From Dehalococcoidales bacterium (lineage in GTDB: Bacteria > Chloroflexota > Dehalococcoidia > Dehalococcoidales > UBA5760): a stretch of 64,000 nucleotides of DNA. Numbering within the stretch: the stretch's first letter is position 1; each line of letters opens with the position of its first letter. The stretch covers positions 619 through 64,618 of the forward strand of contig JAQUQE010000003.1 in assembly GCA_028716225.1 (NCBI GenBank), read 5' to 3'. A program made the position numbers and the translations under genes. Below, piece by piece: positions 58,917-64,000 of this stretch. The notes under the pieces were generated by a model that made no database searches, had not been told where the DNA came from, and saw only the letters and a list, made by a program, of their open reading frames with translations.

Positions 58917-59855
58917 CTACCTCGCAAACCTTCGTTTTTGACGTTCCAGAACCCTGCTGGCGATAAGGTTAACCCCCAGTGTAATGAAGAATAAGACCAG
59001 GCCGATGGCAAATAGTGCCTGGTACTGTAGGCCACCACGTACGGCATTGCCGATTCCGGAGGCAATGGCTGCCGTCATCGGCATCATCGGTTCGGTTGGT
59101 GATTGGGGTACTGCCAGAGCACCGCCGGCTACCATTAGGACCGTCATTGTCTCACCGATAGCACGACCTACACCCAGCATCACGGCTGCGGTAATACCGG
59201 ATAAGGCGGCCGGTATAGATACGTGTCTGATTGTTTCCCACCGAGTTGCGCCGAGAGCATAGGATGCCTGCTTGAAATCATCGGGGACAGCTCGCAGAGC
59301 ATCTTCAGAAACGCTGATAATAATGGGCAGACTCATCATCGACAACATGATCGCTGCGGAAAATCCGGTCAGCCCGGTATTGAGGTTAAAGGTGCTCTGA
59401 ACCAGCGGCGACAATATCATGAGACCGATAAAACCCATCACTACCGATGGTATCCCCGCCAGCAGTTCAACGAGGGGTTTTACCATGTTTCTTACCCTCG
59501 GTGAAGCGACCTCAGCAAGGTAAGCAGCACAGGCGATTCCGATAGGTATCGCAATCGCTGTTGATACCATAGTGACGATCATCGTGGATACCAGGAATGG
59601 CAATATGCCGAAGGTGGGCGGCTCGGATACCGGGTACCACTTGGCTCCTGAGAAAAACTGCCACGGATTCGTGTGAAGAAAAATCGGCGCACCTTCTCGT
59701 ATCAGAAAGAAGACGATCCCCAGTAGAATTACTATGGCCAGTATTCCGGCAAGGAGAATCCACCCCTCGATGAACCTCTCGCCCGAACGCCGACGCCGCA
59801 GCCCCCCGACTTTACCGGCTGCGGCGATGACAGCTGATATGCTTCGCATTAGCAT
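58917..59855 (-). CDS. pstC: Phosphate ABC transporter permease PstC
   Basis: 312 aa permease with the EAA loop (KQASYALGATRWETI). Confidence 0.9.
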   Translation of the reverse strand: MLMRSISAVIAAAGKVGGLRRRRSGERFIEGWILLAGILAIVILLGIVFFLIREGAPIFLHTNPWQFFSGAKWYPVSEPPTFGILPFLVSTMIVTMVSTAIAIPIGIACAAYLAEVASPRVRNMVKPLVELLAGIPSVVMGFIGLMILSPLVQSTFNLNTGLTGFSAAIMLSMMSLPIIISVSEDALRAVPDDFKQASYALGATRWETIRHVSIPAALSGITAAVMLGVGRAIGETMTVLMVAGGALAVPQSPTEPMMPMTAAIASGIGNAVRGGLQYQALFAIGLVLFFITLGVNLIASRVLERQKRRFAR

Positions 59856-59869
59856 ATTTCCCCTCTACT

Positions 59870-60787
59870 TTATGGCAGCGGGACGTAGCCCACTTCATTT
59901 ACCTTTAGCTGACCTTCTGCCGAAAGGCAGTAGTCGATGAAAGCCTTGATGATACCCTCCGGCTCGCCATCAGTATAGTAGAGTAGCGGCCTGGCAATAG
60001 GATATGTTCCATTCAGAGCTGTTTCCACACTGGGGAGAATACCGTTGTCATTGGTAGTAATCTTAATACCCAAGGGCTTCACTTCATCCGTGAGATAGCC
60101 TAATCCGGGGTAAAAGATGGCATTAGGGTTGCCGGCCGTTTCCGACACTCCCCCTTCAGTCGATGGCAGCATCAGTACATCAGGTCCATACTCCAGGCTC
60201 TTGTCTTCGGTAGGCAGTCCCTGCATCTGTACCACGTGCTCCTTGAAGAAGACATGGGTACCGGAGTTGGTATCCCGTGAAATAGCCACGATTTCGGCAT
60301 CGTTACCACCGAGTTCACTCCAGTTAGTTATCCGGCCGGCATAGATAGCTGAAATCTGGGCGATGGTCAACTCGGATACCGGGTTGGACGGATGCACTAC
60401 TACCGACAGGGCATCGGTAGCTACATGAATCTCGTAGGGGTATACCCCCTTTGACTCAGCCTGTTCAATCTCTAGCGATTTGATCTTGCGTGATGCCTGA
60501 CATACTTCGGTAGTACCGTCTATCAGGGCTGCTATACCCGCTCCGGAACCGGGACCGCTGACAGAGATTCTCACACCGGGATTTATCGTCATGAAGTCCT
60601 CGGCCCATACCGAGGTAATGGGTGTTACCGTATTTGACCCGACTATACTGAAGGTGCCGGATAGCTCTGTACCCGGTGATGGAGTGACTGGCGCTGGCCC
60701 GGGGTTGCCGGCACAACCGGACAGGCTAAGACCGCCTACCAGCAAGGTTGATAAGATTAACCACTTATGCCATTTCTTGATTCTCAA
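59870..60787 (-). CDS. pstS: Phosphate-binding lipoprotein PstS
   Basis: 305 aa with a signal peptide and lipobox LSLSGC, GSNTVTP and SRDTNSGT. AAGGAGGA SD. Confidence 0.9.
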   Translation of the reverse strand: MRIKKWHKWLILSTLLVGGLSLSGCAGNPGPAPVTPSPGTELSGTFSIVGSNTVTPITSVWAEDFMTINPGVRISVSGPGSGAGIAALIDGTTEVCQASRKIKSLEIEQAESKGVYPYEIHVATDALSVVVHPSNPVSELTIAQISAIYAGRITNWSELGGNDAEIVAISRDTNSGTHVFFKEHVVQMQGLPTEDKSLEYGPDVLMLPSTEGGVSETAGNPNAIFYPGLGYLTDEVKPLGIKITTNDNGILPSVETALNGTYPIARPLLYYTDGEPEGIIKAFIDYCLSAEGQLKVNEVGYVPLP

Positions 60788-60833
60788 TTATATTTATCCT
60801 CCTTTATCCTTTAACCCCATCATAGCAGGCGGA

Positions 60834-60872
60834 GTTTAAGACGAGTTTAAGCGCCTGTTAAATTTCTGTTAA
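60834..60872 (-). promoter_or_regulatory. Pho-box array: four direct hexamer repeats with exact 11-bp phasing, upstream of pstS
   Basis: The minus strand reads TTAACA gaaat TTAACA ggcgc TTAAAC tcgtc TTAAAC, followed 9 nt later by the -10-like TATGAT (60824-60819). Confidence 0.6.
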
Positions 60873-60884
60873 ATCTGATGGGGT

Positions 60885-62642
60885 CTAAAGAAGAGGCAGG
60901 GTAAAACTGAAGACAGAACCTTTTTCCTCCTCGCTCCGGGCTGAAATCTTGCCTCCGTGAGCCTGTACTATATGCTTGGCAATGGCCAGACCTAACCCGG
61001 TACCGCCACCCGAACGCGACCTGTCTGCCTTGTAGAATCTTTCGAAAACGTGCGGTAAATCTTTCTCGGCAATCCCTATCCCATTATCAGCGATACTGAC
61101 CGAAACACTCGAGCCCTCTTGTCTGATTGAAATCGTTACTTCGCTTCCCTGCGGGCTGAACTTAACGGCGTTATGGATCAGATTAGTCATTACCTGTCGA
61201 ATTCGTTCTCTGTCGACATTGACGGGCGGCAGATTCTCGGTGAGATCGGTGGTAATAGCAATACCCTGCCGCTCGGCGTAGGGGCTCAACCGGGCCACGA
61301 CCTCTTTCAGCAGCTGGTTAGGCTCCGTCTTCTCCAGATTCAGCTCGGCTTTCCCGGTCTCAATACGTGATAGCTCGGTGAGCTCGGCCACTATCTGTGT
61401 CATACGGTCTACTTCACCGTCAATGCTGGTTAGAAAGCCTCTAACCACTTCCTGATCATCGACAGCGCCGTCTTTGAGTGTTTCCACGATTGCTTTGATG
61501 GTGGTTAACGGCGTCCTTAACTCGTGGGAGATGTTGCCCACCAGTTCTCGCCGCATTGTCTGCAGGTTTCTCAGTTCGGTGAGGTCCTGGAACAAAACCA
61601 GTGCTCCGGTCGGTCTGTTGATATTAAGGGGTATCGCTATAATCCGGAGAAATCGACCGGGCGTTCCTACCTCAATTTGAGCGGTCTGTTCGCTTTTTGT
61701 CTTGAGGCATAATCCTAAAAGCTCGTCTATTTCGTAATCGCGGACAACCTCTATGAATTGCCGGCCCAAAGCCTTGTTCTTCTTGAATCCTAACAGCCTT
61801 TCGGCGGCTGGATTGACGAGTATAATTTCTCCTCCGTCATCTGTTATTATGATACCGTCTGCCAGGCTGGACAGGATGGCCGATAGCTTATTTCTCTCAT
61901 CGGATATTGCGCCCATCGTCTTTTTTAAATGCAATGACATCTCGTTGAAAGCCTGTGCCAGTTGTCCTGATTCATCACCGGCAGGGATATCGATTTTTTG
62001 ATCGAGCTCTCCTGCGGCAATTCTTCTGGCTGCCCTGGTAACCTCTTTTATGGGCTGTGTCGTTGCCCGGGCGATGAATAGCCCGGCTAATACAGCCACC
62101 GCGCCGGCGATCACGGTTGCCACTATAATAGTATTGGTCACCCTGCTTATGGTACCGTCGACTTCCGTCATGGGTAACGCGACACGGGCTACCCCGAACA
62201 CCTGCTCTTGATCGGTGATCGGCACCGCAACATACATCAACCGCTGGCCGAGTGTAGTGCTGAAACGAATGCTCTCCCCCCGCCCCGTCTCCAGAGCATC
62301 TATTACTTCAGTGCGGCCGGCGTGATTCTCCATAGTCCGGGGGTCTTCTTGAGAATCACCGAGCACCGTGCCATCCCGGGCGATAATGGTAACTCTGGTT
62401 TCAATACGCTCTCCCAGTGTCTTGCTTAGCTCGTCGAGGCTATTATCTTCGGAGTTCAATAAGATAGGGCGGCTGGTCTCGGCAATAAGCATGGCTTCAG
62501 CCTCGAGTCTGATGCGCAGGTTATCGGTTTGAGTTTCTCTAACCGAGCTAACCAGATAGAATCCCAGGCCGACCATGCTGCCCAGAATAAGCAAGACGAA
62601 TGGTACTGCTATTCGCCATTGAATACTGCGGAACACCTTCAA
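60885..62642 (-). CDS. phoR: Phosphate-regulon-type sensor histidine kinase (TM, HAMP, PAS, HisKA, HATPase)
   Basis: 585 aa with H-box SHELRTPLT, N-box LIHNAVKF, G-boxes DNGIGI and GGTGLGLAI, and a HAMP domain. It overlaps the response-regulator gene by 4 nt. Confidence 0.85.
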   Translation of the reverse strand: MKVFRSIQWRIAVPFVLLILGSMVGLGFYLVSSVRETQTDNLRIRLEAEAMLIAETSRPILLNSEDNSLDELSKTLGERIETRVTIIARDGTVLGDSQEDPRTMENHAGRTEVIDALETGRGESIRFSTTLGQRLMYVAVPITDQEQVFGVARVALPMTEVDGTISRVTNTIIVATVIAGAVAVLAGLFIARATTQPIKEVTRAARRIAAGELDQKIDIPAGDESGQLAQAFNEMSLHLKKTMGAISDERNKLSAILSSLADGIIITDDGGEIILVNPAAERLLGFKKNKALGRQFIEVVRDYEIDELLGLCLKTKSEQTAQIEVGTPGRFLRIIAIPLNINRPTGALVLFQDLTELRNLQTMRRELVGNISHELRTPLTTIKAIVETLKDGAVDDQEVVRGFLTSIDGEVDRMTQIVAELTELSRIETGKAELNLEKTEPNQLLKEVVARLSPYAERQGIAITTDLTENLPPVNVDRERIRQVMTNLIHNAVKFSPQGSEVTISIRQEGSSVSVSIADNGIGIAEKDLPHVFERFYKADRSRSGGGTGLGLAIAKHIVQAHGGKISARSEEEKGSVFSFTLPLL

Positions 62643-63334
62643 TCCTCTAGTTTATAGCCCACGCCTCTTACCGTAATAAGATGCTCGGGTTTTCCCGGAT
62701 CGGCCTCTACTTTCTCTCTGAGCCAGCGGATATGGACGTCTACGGTGCGTGTTTCTCCCTGATAATCATAACCCCAAACTTTTTCCAGAAGCTGCTCCCG
62801 GCTAAAGACTATTCCTTTATTCTCAGCCAGGAAGAGCAGCAGGTTAAACTCCATCGTTGTCAGCTTTAATGCCAGGCCTCTAATGCTTACCTGGTGCCGC
62901 ATTTTGTCAATCTCTAGCTCACCCGCTCGAATAAACATTTCCTGCTTTGACGGTTTCGTCTCGACCATCTCGGATCGCCGCAACATCGCTCGAATGCGAG
63001 CCAGGAGCTCCCTCATACTGAAAGGTTTGGTAAGATAATCATCAGCCCCGACTTCGAGGCCGACGATTTTGTCGATCTCGCTGTCTTTGGCGGTAAGCAT
63101 TAGAATGGGCGTCGTCATCTCTTGGCGCAGGATACGGCATACGTCAAATCCATCGATCTCCGGCAGCATTACATCGAGCAGAATAATGTCCGGCTGTTTT
63201 TGTCGTGCCGCCTCAAGCGCCTGGCTGCCGTCAAGTGCGGTAATAACATGATATCCTTCTTTGGTTAGGTTAAATTTGAGGACATCGAGTAAGGCCCTGT
63301 CATCTTCTACTATCAGTACAGTTCTTTCCGCCAT
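62639..63334 (-). CDS. phoB: OmpR/PhoB-family response regulator
   Basis: 231 aa with a REC domain (VEDD, LDVMLPEIDG, KP) and a winged-helix trans_reg_C domain (LTTMEFNLL, VDVHIRWLREK, TVRGVGY). Confidence 0.9.
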   Translation of the reverse strand: MAERTVLIVEDDRALLDVLKFNLTKEGYHVITALDGSQALEAARQKQPDIILLDVMLPEIDGFDVCRILRQEMTTPILMLTAKDSEIDKIVGLEVGADDYLTKPFSMRELLARIRAMLRRSEMVETKPSKQEMFIRAGELEIDKMRHQVSIRGLALKLTTMEFNLLLFLAENKGIVFSREQLLEKVWGYDYQGETRTVDVHIRWLREKVEADPGKPEHLITVRGVGYKLED

Positions 63335-63434
63335 GCTGCCCAGTCCTGGCCGTCCGCTTAACTATACGTTAGCATACCACAGCCGGCTGTATGCTTAAAG
63401 AACACGAAAACGTTATCAACCTTTTTTATAAAAT

Positions 63435-63463
63435 TTGACACAGAATTCCCGTGTTGATATCTT
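63435..63463 (+). promoter_or_regulatory. Putative promoter (TTGACA-17-TATCTT)
   Basis: The hexamers were read directly, about 45 nt upstream of the ATG at 63508. Confidence 0.35.
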
Positions 63464-63507
63464 AAATATAAGAGTGGTTCGATCATATTAGTGGAGTTAA
63501 TGAAAAT

Positions 63508-64000
63508 ATGGGACTGAAACTAGCTGGTAAACCATGGTTTTGGTTATTCGTTGGCTGTCTGCTGGCTCTCTTGTCGTTGCCGCTGGTCTCGGCTAAGCCG
63601 GCTTATGGCTGAGGCTGCAGCAGCGGTGGGTCGTCGAGTTCGACGGCGGAATATTTAGATTTAGACGTTGGCCCGGCAGGCAGTGGCTCAATAGCATTAA
63701 ACGGGTCTTCCCTGGAAGCTTTTCCGGCCAGTCATCGGTTCTATGGCAGGGAGTTTGTTGATCTCGAGGCAATACCGGCTCCGGGATATTACTTTAACAA
63801 CTGGAGCGGCGATTTAACCGGTACTGAGAACCCGGTATCAGTTAATGTTACTCATGATTCTCTCATCGTGGCCAACTTTTCCCCGATAGTGCATACCCTC
63901 TCTCTTGAGGTAGACGGCAGCGGATCTATCCAGCCTGCGGCTGGAGCTTATCAGTATAATGAGGGTGAAGTTGTCACCATCAAGGCCGTTCCGAATCAGG
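63508..64000 (+). CDS. Secreted protein with divergent InlB-B-repeat (Flg_new_2-like) domains. It is interrupted by an in-frame TGA at 63610-63612, and its 3' end is outside the window.
   Basis: A signal peptide (MGLKLAGKPWFWLFVGCLLALLSLPLVSA) is followed in the same frame, after the TGA, by GCSSGGSSSS... and the repeats PAPGYYFNNWSGDLTG and GSGSIQPAAGAYQYNEGEVVTIKAVPN. No canonical start occurs in frame between the TGA and the GTG at about 63870, roughly 260 nt downstream. Confidence 0.6.

Noticed and set aside
63610-63660. A SECIS element that would make the in-frame TGA a selenocysteine codon.
   Set aside because: Only a GCTGCAGC palindrome and a 6-bp stem with a 2-nt loop are present. 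There is no ~40-nt hairpin with an apical G-containing loop at the expected distance. This cannot be excluded without a covariance model and knowledge of the sel genes.

Overview
This is a 64 kb chromosomal segment from a bacterium with about 50% GC. It is densely coded, with many 4-nt start/stop overlaps. Gene content and order, namely a collinear aro operon, fabK, an isolated 23S rRNA gene and GatB, suggest a Chloroflexota or Dehalococcoidia-like genome. That assignment is inference only.

Most of the window is housekeeping:
- Nitrogen and amino-group metabolism: glnA, gatB, secG, ald and a class III aminotransferase.
- rsfS.
- A minus-strand thiL-tsaE-tsaB-thioesterase-HAD-ndk block.
- rsmA-ispE and a CCA-adding enzyme.
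- dCMP deaminase.
- A nine-gene aroF-aroB-aroD-aroE-aroK-aroA-aroC-pheA-tyrA operon.
- ispH and glycerate kinase.
- yceD-rpmF-fabK-fabD-nusB.
- A stand-alone 23S rRNA.
- hisS, recJ, mtaB, pckA and folP.
- A complete Pho locus: phoB-phoR, pstSCAB-phoU.

I saw no CRISPR array, transposase, integrase or obvious defence genes.

Regions worth a second look:
1. An operon at 47.0-53.4 kb behind a consensus promoter. It encodes an unknown 109-aa protein, a lysine-2,3-aminomutase (KamA/AblA-type), two D-Ala-D-Ala-ligase-like ATP-grasp ligases, a GNAT, and a GNAT fused to an HDAC-type deacetylase. A divergent wHTH regulator and an MFS transporter flank it. I read it as an uncharacterised pathway for a beta-lysine-derived acetylated or ligated product.
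2. A CotH kinase, VTC (polyphosphate-polymerase-like) domain and DUF4956 membrane protein triad, lying tail-to-tail with phoU-pst.
3. A 29-codon leader ORF rich in Tyr, Phe and Trp, followed by an intrinsic terminator upstream of the aro operon. This is a candidate ribosome-mediated attenuator.
4. The orphan 23S rRNA with its own promoter and a 29-nt processing stem, with no linked 16S or 5S.
5. Smaller items: a four-hexamer Pho-box array upstream of pstS; near-cognate start codons for tsaE and rsfS; an in-frame TGA splitting a secreted repeat protein; and a small ORF plus B12-radical-SAM pair behind a perfect consensus promoter.
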